DNA of 36,702 nt from a virus (Duplodnaviria; Caudoviricetes). How positions within the stretch are numbered: the first letter of the stretch is position 1; each line of letters opens with the position of its first letter. Below are positions 1-8,828 of this stretch, in pieces. The DNA is taken from positions 1 through 36,702 of IMG/VR virus record IMGVR_UViG_3300036770_003903. One strand, 5' to 3'. The position numbers and the translations under genes were made by a program. The notes below the pieces were generated by a model that saw only the letters and a program-made list of their open reading frames with translations, was not told the DNA's origin and ran no database searches.

Positions 1-212
1 TAGCCATAAGTTGGCTTGACTGCGTCAAGAGGCAATGATGCCCTGCGAATCAAGCAGTTCCAAGGGTGTGCGCGAAATGTCGCAGCACGCGTGTCGTTGT
101 ACAGCCTGTTGGCCGTAGAGGCTGCTTTAGTAGGATCAGACAGCGAGTTGATTGGATCAACTCCAAGCAATGTCAGGGCCCTGTTTACAACCTCAATATC
201 TGATGCAGCCAT
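1..212 (-). CDS. Tail tubular protein A / head-tail adaptor (T7 gp11-like), 3' end outside the window
   Basis: Not in the ORF track because it has no stop in the window. ATG at 212 follows an AGGAGG RBS and reads MAASDIEVVNRALTLLGVDPINSL...RAHPWNCLIRRASL, a typical gp11-like N-terminus. It lies directly after the capsid genes. Confidence 0.75.
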   Translation of the reverse strand, partial: MAASDIEVVNRALTLLGVDPINSLSDPTKAASTANRLYNDTRAATFRAHPWNCLIRRASLPLDAVKPTYG

Positions 213-225
213 CTCGTCCTCCTAA

Positions 226-264
226 GAAAAACGGGGAACCAAGCCAAGTGGCTCGATCCCCCGC
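226..264 (-). terminator. Rho-independent terminator after the capsid genes
   Basis: Minus strand reads GCGGGGGATCGAGCCA-CT-TGGCTTGGTTCCCCGT-TTTT: a long GC-rich stem plus U tract, just after the stop at 283. Confidence 0.8.
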
Positions 265-282
265 TTAGCCACTCTACTAATC

Positions 283-735
283 TTAGTCGATTGAGTAGAG
301 CACGTAGCCGTTCAACGTAGCGCCGTCAGGGATCGTGCCACCGGTAACGGTTGCTTGAACAGTCAGACCAGTCTTGCTGGACAGCTTGCTCGTAGCAAAC
401 GAAGTGACAGTGCCTGCGGTAGCCACAGACGTAGACGCCATGAAAGCGTCGTCATCAGCAGCAACAGCCGTGTTGGACAGGTCGGTATACCCAGTATGAC
501 CAACTTTGATCACGCGAGATGCGCCAAATGCTGAGCTAGTAATCGCCACACCAAGGATGCGGGTCGTACCACCAGGCAGTTTGCACAAGGTCACGGTATC
601 GCCGTCGGCGCCTGCGCCAGATTGAGTGAAGTCAAAAGCACGAACGCGAGCGCGGCCGTGCTCATCGCACACATCATTCATGGTTGCAGGGACTGTCTGG
701 GTGTTAGCGTACTGAGTGCTATTTTGATTTGCCAT
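283..735 (-). CDS. Capsid-associated (decoration / minor capsid) protein
   Basis: 150 aa, beta-rich and Thr/Ala/Gly-rich, with an AGGAG RBS. It is co-transcribed directly after the major capsid gene and before the terminator. Confidence 0.6.
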   Translation of the reverse strand: MANQNSTQYANTQTVPATMNDVCDEHGRARVRAFDFTQSGAGADGDTVTLCKLPGGTTRILGVAITSSAFGASRVIKVGHTGYTDLSNTAVAADDDAFMASTSVATAGTVTSFATSKLSSKTGLTVQATVTGGTIPDGATLNGYVLYSID

Positions 736-746
736 GACAGTTCTCC

Positions 747-1631
747 TTATTCAGCGCAAATGATTTCGACTACTTTCTCTTCTTCCATACGGGTTGCGCC
801 GAAGGAAGCAGAGACGTAGACTTGAGTGGAGTTGCGCTTGTCGCGACGAGGACCGATGTCGGTAACGATGTCTTGACCAACGGCGAGCAGCAGGCCGGAC
901 TGAGCCCAGCATACGCAACGACGATAGCTAGAAGCGTTAGTGTTCACCAGTTCAGTGCGAACAAACTCAAAGCCCATGAACGAGTTGAGTTCACCAGCAA
1001 CCAGGGCACGAACCGTGTTGTAGTCGGCGCTAGTTACTTCGGTTGTACGCAACAGGTCATTCATCTGCTGAGCAGTCATAGCAATATAACGGCGCTCAGT
1101 AGGATCAACCTCGTTCTCGTCCAAAATTTGCTTAGCACGACGCAACTTACCGATAGTCATACCGGAGTTAGTAGCCGAACCAGACTCAACGTAGTTCACA
1201 GCAACTTGCTGCGAAGCAGGGAAAGTCACGGTAGACGTACCAGTCTTGCCAGTGTAAGCGGTGCCAAAGGCGGCATCAAGAATGACTTGGTCCATCTTAC
1301 GACCTAGCGCATAAGCAGCGTTTTGAGCGTAAGGTGAAGTTGGGTCAATCAGCATGCGCAGACGATCAGGACGATCGATCAGATCGGCCCAGTCGAAATC
1401 GCGCATAGAAACACGGCGACGATCATGCGGAACATTGATCAGCGGGGTGTCTTGGTGGCGGCCAGTTACCTCTTGAGCTTCAGTAGATCCAATGCGGTCG
1501 TAGAAGTCAAACTCAGCATTTTGAGTTTCACTGCGTACGAGGGCGCGCAAACGAGATCCCTTCTGCTGTACGAGGTGCTCAACGTTGGCACGGTACTGTT
1601 GTACAAATGCCGTCGTAATTTGAATGGACAT
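747..1631 (-). CDS. Major capsid protein
   Basis: 294 aa. Motifs MSIQITTAFVQQY...QQKGSRLR, DWADLID, ALGRKMD.VI and FGATRMEEEKVVEI match a widespread podovirus capsid family. Strong GAGGAGG RBS. Confidence 0.9.
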   Translation of the reverse strand: MSIQITTAFVQQYRANVEHLVQQKGSRLRALVRSETQNAEFDFYDRIGSTEAQEVTGRHQDTPLINVPHDRRRVSMRDFDWADLIDRPDRLRMLIDPTSPYAQNAAYALGRKMDQVILDAAFGTAYTGKTGTSTVTFPASQQVAVNYVESGSATNSGMTIGKLRRAKQILDENEVDPTERRYIAMTAQQMNDLLRTTEVTSADYNTVRALVAGELNSFMGFEFVRTELVNTNASSYRRCVCWAQSGLLLAVGQDIVTDIGPRRDKRNSTQVYVSASFGATRMEEEKVVEIICAE

Positions 1632-1679
1632 GATGTCCTCCTCATTCAGTTAAAGTGAAAAAAACGTTGCTTGCTCGCA

Positions 1680-1789
1680 GAGGCTGCCCACAATCGGACC
1701 CCCACAGTTCCCTTAAGGCTAGGCGTTGCCCACGGACCCTTGCGGGTTCCCCGTTAGTAGGATAATACAGCAAAAACCGGAAAAATAAA
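1680..1789 (-). promoter_or_regulatory. Putative sigma70 promoter and structured 5' leader of the capsid gene
   Basis: TTTATT-N16-TATTAT (1789-1762), followed by hairpins CGGGGAACCC-GCAA-GGGTCCG and GGGGGTCCG-ATTG-TGGGCAGCCTC. Confidence 0.5.
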
Positions 1790-2128
1790 CTAGCCTAAAC
1801 GGCGTCCTTTTGCCAATTGCTCGTTATCCTTCACCATGGTTGTACCCATGTTGATGATGTCGGCGGATTGCCGATTAGTCTTTTGGAGACGATCGGTCAA
1901 TCCTTCGACGTCTTTCGTTTTCTGCTTACTCATCTTGAGTCGCTCAGCCAGGATTTCGGACATAGTCTTCTGAACTTCCGAAGGCAGCGAAGCAGACTTC
2001 GTTGCTTTTTCAATCAGTCGTTCAGCTTCAACGTTCTTTGAAGGAGTATTTTCTACGTTCGTCATGTCTTTTAACATTTCATCCGAACCGTAACCTGTCT
2101 TCATTTTCCTGGCTAGTAAGCTCATCAC
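1790..2128 (-). CDS. Hypothetical protein (helical, Lys/Glu-rich)
   Basis: 112 aa ORF whose start overlaps the scaffold stop by 4 nt; it fills the gap in the head operon. Confidence 0.6.
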   Translation of the reverse strand: MMSLLARKMKTGYGSDEMLKDMTNVENTPSKNVEAERLIEKATKSASLPSEVQKTMSEILAERLKMSKQKTKDVEGLTDRLQKTNRQSADIINMGTTMVKDNEQLAKGRRLG

Positions 2129-2973
2129 ATGGCCTCGTCTGGGTAAGCAAAGCTAAAGAGTTTCTGCATTTTTTCGACGGCTTCAGCATGGCCAGTTGAA
2201 CCAGGAGTCATGTATGACTTCATGAAGTCCTGATCTCGCTGCATGCGAGCAATCTCTTGACGTGCAGTATCGGGAGTCAAGGTAAAGCTATTGGCCTGGC
2301 CTTGAGTTGCTAGGGATTCTTGCATCTGCATACCAATCTTGGCAAACATCTTGACAAACATCGGATGGTCTCCGAGACCGGTCTGATCCAGCCACTGAAC
2401 CAGCTCGTTACCGCCAAAGGTTTCAACGGCCCGAACGGCTAGGTCAACGCGCTCGTCAAAAGCCTTGCCAAATTCACGGCGGATGTCGTTAACCCATTGC
2501 TCTTTTTGAGCTGCGGTCTGCTGCTGTTGCGACTGGACAGTCTGGCCAACAAAGCCCATGTAGTCCTTAAATAGGCTATCAGCTTGCTTCTGAGTCAGAC
2601 CTGCTTTGTGGAAGAACTTTTTGAAGTCATCCAGGGCTGCGGGATTAAAATCCAGGCCTTCAGGAACGAGACTTTGATAGTCTAGTTTGTACTGACCGTC
2701 TCCCGGGCGTCCTAGACGCTCGTAGAACATGTCCCATTCAGTTTGGTCTGCCGTTTCGCCAGGGATAGCAATCTTGTCTTTACCGATCATTCGCTGGGCG
2801 TGCACGTAAGACTTGGCCAAACCGTTCAAGTCTTTAATGTCGGCCAGAGTGGGATCAGCTCGCAGTGTATCATCTAAACTAGCTCGCCAATCCATAGAAC
2901 CGGCAGAGCTGCCCCCAACGTCACCAGCACCTGCGCCGGCGTCGCCCATGGACCCTCCGTTCATATCACTCAT
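2125..2973 (-). CDS. Capsid assembly scaffolding protein
   Basis: 282 aa, with motifs LAKSYVHAQRMIG, FYERLGRP and GLGDHP.FVKMFAKIG. It lies between portal and capsid. Confidence 0.75.
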   Translation of the reverse strand: MSDMNGGSMGDAGAGAGDVGGSSAGSMDWRASLDDTLRADPTLADIKDLNGLAKSYVHAQRMIGKDKIAIPGETADQTEWDMFYERLGRPGDGQYKLDYQSLVPEGLDFNPAALDDFKKFFHKAGLTQKQADSLFKDYMGFVGQTVQSQQQQTAAQKEQWVNDIRREFGKAFDERVDLAVRAVETFGGNELVQWLDQTGLGDHPMFVKMFAKIGMQMQESLATQGQANSFTLTPDTARQEIARMQRDQDFMKSYMTPGSTGHAEAVEKMQKLFSFAYPDEAM

Positions 2974-3220
2974 TTGTATTTCCTTCTAAACGTTGAAGAA
3001 GCTCTCGCGGATCACGTTCAATGAACCGCAAGATACTAAGCACTAGACGGCGTTGACCTTCACGGTGCGCCGTTTCGTGCGGATCACCAGACACATACGA
3101 CGTGTCGAACACAAAGCCTACGCGGCAAAGATGCTCGAGCACTCTTTCTCCGTCTGGGGAGGAGAAAACTTTTTTGTAAGAGTCGTGTAGCTCTACGATA
3201 TGCGGGGGCTTTGCCGTCAT
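2966..3220 (-). CDS. Conserved small phage protein (Bbp19-like)
   Basis: 84 aa, YKKVFSSPDGERVLEHL...TAHREGQRRLVLSI, typical of the gene following the portal in this phage group. Confidence 0.75.
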   Translation of the reverse strand: MTAKPPHIVELHDSYKKVFSSPDGERVLEHLCRVGFVFDTSYVSGDPHETAHREGQRRLVLSILRFIERDPRELLQRLEGNTNE

Positions 3221-4878
3221 GCTGGCTCAACTCCTTGTTCAGTTGGCGGTGCATTACCTGTACCAGGCATAGTTGCTGCAGCATTTGCAGCATCCTTAGC
3301 AGTGGCGGCCAGTTCGCGACCTTTGGCAACTTCTTGCATATCTTGCTGCTGTTGAGCACGACCCTCACGAATCTGCTTGACCTCGTCTTCATTGAGCAAT
3401 GTATCAGCTGGAGCATCAAGCAAGCCGTGAACCCAACGAGTAGCTCCGTCAGCATTCAGGTTGTCAAAGATCTCTGGCTTGACATTGGCCAATGGAACCA
3501 GGGTTTCAAGCATGCGAGTGAAGTTAAACAACTGTTGAGTTTTCTGTGCACGAGCAACTGGAGACACGTAGTCAATGCGCAACCGGCGTCCTTGCTGCAA
3601 GCTCTGAGGAGCAGGAGGCAGCATCTTGCGACGGTTCATGATGTTGAACACGCGATCGATCAGTGGTCCAAGGAACTCAAACTGCAGGCGACCAACCATA
3701 GGACCCATGAGACGCATCCGCTCTTCTTGACGCTGGATAACCTCAGTAGCCGTCATGGTAGGACCTTCACGCATCTGCATCCAATCAACGTGGAACGTTT
3801 TAAGGATATGCTCGCGTCGGGAATCAATGAACTCAAGGCCAATGTCTGGACGAACACCTTCGACAAGAGGCTTAACCATGTCTTGGGTACCAGAACGGTA
3901 GTAGTTCAAGCCACCTGGGATCGTGCGCAATGGCAGCATAAAGCCATCGTCAGGAACAAGCAATGGGGGATCAGTAGCTTTTTGAGCCGCTTTGATCACA
4001 GTCTTGCTCATCTCGTTAACCATCTTGATGTCAGGCAAACAAGTCATGGCCGGTGAACGACCATATACTTCACCCGCAGTCTTGGTCCAACGAGGCACCA
4101 TGTATGGAAACTCGTTAAAGCCGCCAACGTTGAGGACTAGTTTCTCTTCTTCGAGAATGTAAGCGCTCATGTATGGCATGTTGACAGCAAGCTTGCTGTC
4201 AGGATTGAACGTGTCCCGGGGTTCTACTGCGTGAACGCAAGTGAATTCCTTGTGAGGATCCTTGTACACGTTCTCGATAAACTTTTCAGGCAGCACGTCT
4301 TTGTACATCTGCAATAGCTGACGACCTGTGTGCTTGTACTGTCGATAGAGAGTATCGACTACGCCTTCAGAGTTTTCAGCCACGTAGCACTCGGCCAGGT
4401 GGTAGGTTTTGAAGATGACTTGCTTACCAGGTCTGTCTTCAACGTACATGACACCGGTACCGTAGGCCCCAAGGTCTAGATACAGCTCATGAACCATTGA
4501 GCCAAAGTTTGAATCAGGCGCGTGGAAGACTTCATTAAACATGATCTGCACGACTTCTTGCAGCCATGCTTTGGTCATGTCATCTGGTTTGCCATTCTCT
4601 AGAGTCAAGCTAAACCAGGTCTCTGATGGAGCAGTCAGATAGCCATGAAGACCCGCAGCCAATTGTTCATTAGCTAAGGGAGCCGTCGAGTCGTACACCT
4701 TGTCATAACGAGTACGATCGCCTTGGCTACGTGTCGTGTTGAAGTCGCCACGACGCGGGTTCACAAAATCAGTACAGTCTTGCCAGAGGTTTTCCCATGG
4801 AGACCGTATCTGCTTCAGCTTGCCAAGACGATCAAGCGTCGTTTGAATCAGGCGCTTGCTGTCTTGATTGTCTGCCAT
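3217..4878 (-). CDS. Portal / head-to-tail connector protein
   Basis: 553 aa, with motifs YDSTA..A...LAAGL, DLGAYGTG, PRW.K..GEVYGRSP and MTATEV..RQEE..R.MGP (T7 gp8/BPP-1-type portal). Confidence 0.93.
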   Translation of the reverse strand: MADNQDSKRLIQTTLDRLGKLKQIRSPWENLWQDCTDFVNPRRGDFNTTRSQGDRTRYDKVYDSTAPLANEQLAAGLHGYLTAPSETWFSLTLENGKPDDMTKAWLQEVVQIMFNEVFHAPDSNFGSMVHELYLDLGAYGTGVMYVEDRPGKQVIFKTYHLAECYVAENSEGVVDTLYRQYKHTGRQLLQMYKDVLPEKFIENVYKDPHKEFTCVHAVEPRDTFNPDSKLAVNMPYMSAYILEEEKLVLNVGGFNEFPYMVPRWTKTAGEVYGRSPAMTCLPDIKMVNEMSKTVIKAAQKATDPPLLVPDDGFMLPLRTIPGGLNYYRSGTQDMVKPLVEGVRPDIGLEFIDSRREHILKTFHVDWMQMREGPTMTATEVIQRQEERMRLMGPMVGRLQFEFLGPLIDRVFNIMNRRKMLPPAPQSLQQGRRLRIDYVSPVARAQKTQQLFNFTRMLETLVPLANVKPEIFDNLNADGATRWVHGLLDAPADTLLNEDEVKQIREGRAQQQQDMQEVAKGRELAATAKDAANAAATMPGTGNAPPTEQGVEPA

Positions 4879-4879
4879 G

Positions 4880-5125
4880 TTAGCCGCCTAGTTTGCCAAC
4901 TGCGCCGAGGAGCTTCTTCTTCTGAAGTTTTTCCATACCAACAGAAACGCCTTGGGCGCCAGTCAGCATAGTGCCTTCACGTCCTTTAGCTTCGCCTTCA
5001 ACCTTACGTTGCTGATCAACTGCTTCTTTAACGTCAGTGGCTTTAGGAGCTTCGGGAGTCGGTGCTGGGGCAGGGCCACCGCCACCAGATAGACCAAGAG
5101 TTTTTCCAATAAATCCGCCGCACAT
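4880..5125 (-). CDS. Small virion-associated protein
   Basis: 81 aa: MCGG start, Pro/Ala linker, GR.GT.LTG and KKLLG end. Typical of the small gene preceding the portal. Confidence 0.65.
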   Translation of the reverse strand: MCGGFIGKTLGLSGGGGPAPAPTPEAPKATDVKEAVDQQRKVEGEAKGREGTMLTGAQGVSVGMEKLQKKKLLGAVGKLGG

Positions 5126-5127
5126 AA

Positions 5128-5583
5128 CTATCTCCTTTTCTTAAAAAGGTTACCAACCACTTCGTAACCCAGGAGATGGTACAGCTGAGCTGTTCTCTCT
5201 GGGGCCACTTGCGTTGACGTTGCCGGGCAAATTTCCTTTGCTCCGTGTTCAAACGCCCAGTCCTCAAAGGCTTGGACAAGTTTGATTGCTGCAATGCCAC
5301 CGCGTCGTTTTGGGTCCACAAACAAAGCAAGATCGACAGCCATCCGATCTTGACTGAAATAATACTCCGTAAGTAATCCGGCGTACATCCCGATTATAGT
5401 GCCGTCTTTTTCGGCAACGTAAAGAAAATATTCGTCTGGTTGGGCAATCATCTGGTTCACCAGATGAGCCACCTTCTCGGGATCATACTTACAGACCTGC
5501 GGGTAATGCGACTCGTTGAAGATACCGGCAGACAGCTCGAGGACTCGAGGCACGTCAAGACTTGTTGCTGGCCGGATGATCAT
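5128..5583 (-). CDS. GNAT-family acetyltransferase
   Basis: IIRPAT..D start, acetyl-CoA motif LFVDPKRRGG and C-terminal LYHLLGY. Confidence 0.8.
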   Translation of the reverse strand: MIIRPATSLDVPRVLELSAGIFNESHYPQVCKYDPEKVAHLVNQMIAQPDEYFLYVAEKDGTIIGMYAGLLTEYYFSQDRMAVDLALFVDPKRRGGIAAIKLVQAFEDWAFEHGAKEICPATSTQVAPERTAQLYHLLGYEVVGNLFKKRR

Positions 5584-6875
5584 AGGATCCGATACTCCAT
5601 ATCTGCCATGCGCGGCAGCTTCTTAGCATTCATGTCGAGCTGGTCTCGAATGCCTACACACATATATCGGAAAGCATCGGCTGGGTGACTGGTCCAGTCG
5701 TGCAGTGGCCGATCTCGGAAGACCTTGTTCTTTTCGTCAAAGTCTTTTCTGTACTGGCGCAAAGACTCAATGAGGTGGCTGCACTTCTTTTCGTCAAACC
5801 AGCACTTGGGCAAGGTCGTACGGACGGCTTCAATACCGTCATCGATCCTAAGGTTCGGTACCACTCGGAATCGGATGCCAAGTTCTCGGGCAACTTCAAG
5901 TCGAGACTTACCGCTGCCAAGCTCACGAACTTGAATATCGTGCGGGGCCAAATGTTCTCCATAGACATACTCTTTTTCTCTGATCACTTTGGCGTAATGC
6001 GCGATACCTTCGCCACTGTTCTCGTAGTAGTCGATGATTCGAATCTCTTGGCCATGCTTCTGATAAAAAACTATTGCAGTAGAGTCTGAGACTCCAAGGT
6101 CCCAAGCGGTGTGGACCTCTAGACGCGGTTCATACGGGAGACTCGTAAGTCGACCGTCGGCGAGGAGTTTAGCCATTGCGTTACCGTAATAGCTACCGAC
6201 GAGCGGCGCGTCAAAACTGCAATAGAACTCTTGCTGGATCATTTCTTCTGGCATGCCGGCGTTGCGTTCTTCTTCAACGGCGTCGGCTGAAATGGCCCTA
6301 GTATCTTCGACACTTAAAGTTTGTTGGAACCACTTTTCGTTTCGTCTGGCCATGTTGAGAAGGTCATATCCATGGTTTCGACCTCGAGCGGTATAAATAA
6401 ATAATGCCCATCCGCCATTCTCTGCCAAGATGGGACGAATGTAATCCCATGCACGGGGATCTTGGAGGGAGTATTCAGAGAAGACGACTCCAACGGGATT
6501 GGCACCGACCAATCGGTCCACGTTGTCGGTACCCACCACCTGATAGATTGAGCCATTCTTCAAAGTCAACCGCATCTCGGTGTTGTTGACTGCCTCCCAC
6601 ATCTCTTTGGGAAAATGCTCAATGAACTTGCGGCCATCACGAGTCATCCCGTCCCAAGCAATTTTGCGACCTTGGTTGTATGTCGGAAACAAGTGCCAGT
6701 ACAAACCGGGCCTCGTCAGGGCTGAGACCGCGCACCAGTTCACAGACAGCAAGTCCTTGCCGGCACGACGGTGCCAAACGGCAACTGCTCGCTTGCCGCC
6801 ATCTTCTAAGAATTTCCAAAGAGGAAATTGATAAGGCCTGGGCGCCCAATCAAGAGGTACCGTTATCTCCGCCAT
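5580..6875 (-). CDS. terL: Terminase large subunit
   Basis: Walker A HRRAGKD, Walker B-like VVFSEY, TARGRNH, and nuclease motifs WDLG.SD and HD..SHPADAFRY. Confidence 0.95.
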   Translation of the reverse strand: MAEITVPLDWAPRPYQFPLWKFLEDGGKRAVAVWHRRAGKDLLSVNWCAVSALTRPGLYWHLFPTYNQGRKIAWDGMTRDGRKFIEHFPKEMWEAVNNTEMRLTLKNGSIYQVVGTDNVDRLVGANPVGVVFSEYSLQDPRAWDYIRPILAENGGWALFIYTARGRNHGYDLLNMARRNEKWFQQTLSVEDTRAISADAVEEERNAGMPEEMIQQEFYCSFDAPLVGSYYGNAMAKLLADGRLTSLPYEPRLEVHTAWDLGVSDSTAIVFYQKHGQEIRIIDYYENSGEGIAHYAKVIREKEYVYGEHLAPHDIQVRELGSGKSRLEVARELGIRFRVVPNLRIDDGIEAVRTTLPKCWFDEKKCSHLIESLRQYRKDFDEKNKVFRDRPLHDWTSHPADAFRYMCVGIRDQLDMNAKKLPRMADMEYRIL

Positions 6876-7164
6876 CAGCGTCCTTTGCTACGTCGCTAAA
6901 CCGTACGACATTGATGTTGAATGAACCACTGCCTTCGATTTCCATCTCGACAGCTTTGCGCTTGGGAGCCACATACTGCGCCAGCTCTTTAAAAGCTTGG
7001 AACTTCAACTCTTGGCTCGCCGTTGGATCAGCAGCAATTGTTGCCATCCCTTCAATAGGATCGCAATCCAGAGCTGCTAGCTTCTCTTCAATCTCCTGGG
7101 TCCGCTTGTTCTTTGAACCAGGCGGACGGCCGGCGCCTTCGCGCTTACCACCTAAACTTGCCAT
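6850..7164 (-). CDS. terS: Terminase small subunit
   Basis: Likely start is ATG 7164 after GGAGG. Motifs GGKREGAGRPPGSKNK and ELAQYVAPKRKAVE; the gene overlaps the terL start. Confidence 0.8.
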   Translation of the reverse strand: MASLGGKREGAGRPPGSKNKRTQEIEEKLAALDCDPIEGMATIAADPTASQELKFQAFKELAQYVAPKRKAVEMEIEGSGSFNINVVRFSDVAKDADGGDNGTS

Positions 7165-7247
7165 TTGGGGACCTCCTTTGAGGCAGATAATATACGAACT
7201 TCTGAGTATTGTACATAGTCCCCTGACAAAGTCCCTGGGATCATGGA

Positions 7248-7318
7248 TTATTGGCATATTGTATTGATTGACATTCTCTGCAATTTTCACTTGCACACAC
7301 AAATTTTTTCCCTATACT
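7248..7318 (+). repeat. Copy 1 of an approximately 70-bp element (inverted copy at 8811-8881); contains TTGCAC-N16-TATACT
   Basis: TTATTGGCATATTGTATTGATTG (7248-7270) matches the reverse complement of 8859-8881 at 22/23 nt. Both copies have a T-tract-C(C/T)CTATACTA block at the same offset. Confidence 0.7.
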
Positions 7319-7737
7319 ATGACCAATAACACGGATTTTTGCCGATTTAGCTTGAAATGCCCCCGCAGAACCACTGACTTGGCGCGAATAGGCGCGCGAC
7401 GCAGATCCGCCCGTACCAGGCCCCAGTCCCGGAAACAGCTAACAGCCGGCAAAAATCATGCTTATCTATATAGATCCATGGTTCTTGGACCACGAAACAT
7501 GGCGAATTAACGGAAATAAGCAGGAAAAGTAGCAGGAATCAGGGCAAACGGACCGAGTTCGATGGTAGAATGGAGAGAAATGAGAGGGAATGAGTAGGAA
7601 AAATGGTGATTTTTTATCAATGGTAGAAAGTAGTCAGGAAGAGTCTGCAACTGCAAGCAGCAAGACTATTTCGGACACGGAAGAAAAAGAGAAAGAAGAA
7701 AGTTCGCGAGTTCCAACAAATTATTGGATCGAAAAAG

Positions 7738-7767
7738 TTGCGCAATAAATGGAAAGACTGGTATAAT
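7738..7767 (+). promoter_or_regulatory. Early sigma70-type promoter
   Basis: TTGCGC-N18-TATAAT with an extended -10 TG, upstream of the first plus-strand ORF. Confidence 0.65.
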
Positions 7768-7845
7768 TACTAGTGAACTTGTTCGGACTTTTATGGTCTA
7801 ATAAAAGCACGGGTAAAAATCCGGAACTTAGAAAGGAGAATTTTT

Positions 7846-8064
7846 ATGATCACAATCGATCTATCTGGTCCACAAGGAAATGCATTCTGGCTGATTGGTT
7901 ACGGTAAGCAGTTGGGAAAAGAACTTGGAAGATCACGAGAAGAAATAAATAATCTTGCCAATGAAATGCTCAGTGGGAACTACAAGCAATTGCTTGAGAT
8001 TTTCACGCGTGAATTTGGTGAGTATGTTGAACTGAAAGGAGAACATGATGGCTCAAGTGAATAA
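7846..8064 (+). CDS. Early hypothetical protein
   Basis: 72 aa, IDLSGPQGNAF.L motif of a common small phage family; AGAAAGGAG RBS. Confidence 0.75.
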   Translation: MITIDLSGPQGNAFWLIGYGKQLGKELGRSREEINNLANEMLSGNYKQLLEIFTREFGEYVELKGEHDGSSE

Positions 8065-8302
8065 GGTATCAATCAACAGAAGTGAAGCGATCCAACAGAT
8101 TGCAGATTTAATTGCGGAAGATATTTCCGGGCACAGTCGTGGAACGATCGCTTCTATGGTTGCGGATCTTTTGATCAACGGTCATCAAGGCTACAAGAAC
8201 ATGCTCAATCTCGAACTGATCCAAGAACTAGAGGGTTCGGTATTTTACGGGCAAGATGTGGAAATCACAGTGGTGAACGATTTGGAGGTGGGAAAATGGT
8301 AA
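8045..8302 (+). CDS. Early hypothetical protein
   Basis: 85 aa with an AAAGGAG RBS, in a chain of overlapping genes. Confidence 0.65.
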   Translation: MMAQVNKVSINRSEAIQQIADLIAEDISGHSRGTIASMVADLLINGHQGYKNMLNLELIQELEGSVFYGQDVEITVVNDLEVGKW

Positions 8303-8619
8303 CAGAATTCGAAGTGATGAAGAAAGAAGAAAGGTGGGAGGAATTCAATGGAGGCAGCTTAAAAGGTTTCGTCAAAGCGGAATTCCGAGATCTTTGCCTT
8401 GCTTTTGGTCCTCCGACTTACGGGCCATTCGATATGTGTGGCGACAAAGTCACGTGCGAATGGAAGATCCGAACATCGGATGGTCTAATCGTGACAATCT
8501 ACGATTGGAAGATGGGAGATACTCCTCTTGACGAATACAATTGGCACGTTGGTGGACACGATTTCAAGGCAGTCGATTGGCTGCAAGAACAGGGACTTAA
8601 CGCTTGGAGGTACGCATGA
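8296..8619 (+). CDS. Early hypothetical protein
   Basis: 107 aa with a GGAGG RBS; GSLKG...FGPP...DKVTCEW...TIYDWK...WHVGG looks like a conserved family pattern. Confidence 0.75.
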   Translation: MVTEFEVMKKEERWEEFNGGSLKGFVKAEFRDLCLAFGPPTYGPFDMCGDKVTCEWKIRTSDGLIVTIYDWKMGDTPLDEYNWHVGGHDFKAVDWLQEQGLNAWRYA

Positions 8620-8828
8620 AGATCGAAGCAAAAACAGGGGTTGTTGGGGTAACCATTCATCTGTCCGCAGAGGAAGCAGGTTTGTTGTTGAACTGCATGG
8701 ATATTAGTCTTGACTTTCTTCACGAGGACATCAATGAGGCAGCAGGACAAGGGATCACCGTTGACGACTACAACAAGCTTTGTACTCTCAGAGACAGTAT
8801 TGCCTCTATTAGTATAGAGAAAAAATAA
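8616..8828 (+). CDS. Early hypothetical protein
   Basis: ATG at 8616 after GGAGG, with an ATGA overlap of the previous stop. Confidence 0.6.
   Translation: MKIEAKTGVVGVTIHLSAEEAGLLLNCMDISLDFLHEDINEAAGQGITVDDYNKLCTLRDSIASISIEKK

Noticed and set aside
3211-4056. 281-aa plus-strand ORF and other long antisense ORFs (e.g. 822-1307, 6680-7267, 23373-23864)
   Set aside because: They shadow well-supported genes on the opposite strand and have no recognisable motifs.
7165-7302. N-terminal extension of terS given in the ORF track
   Set aside because: A good GGAGG RBS precedes ATG 7164; the extension runs through repeat/promoter sequence.
7320-7845. CRISPR array, tRNA or att site in the long intergenic region
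   Set aside because: No regularly spaced repeats, no cloverleaf, and no integrase in the window.
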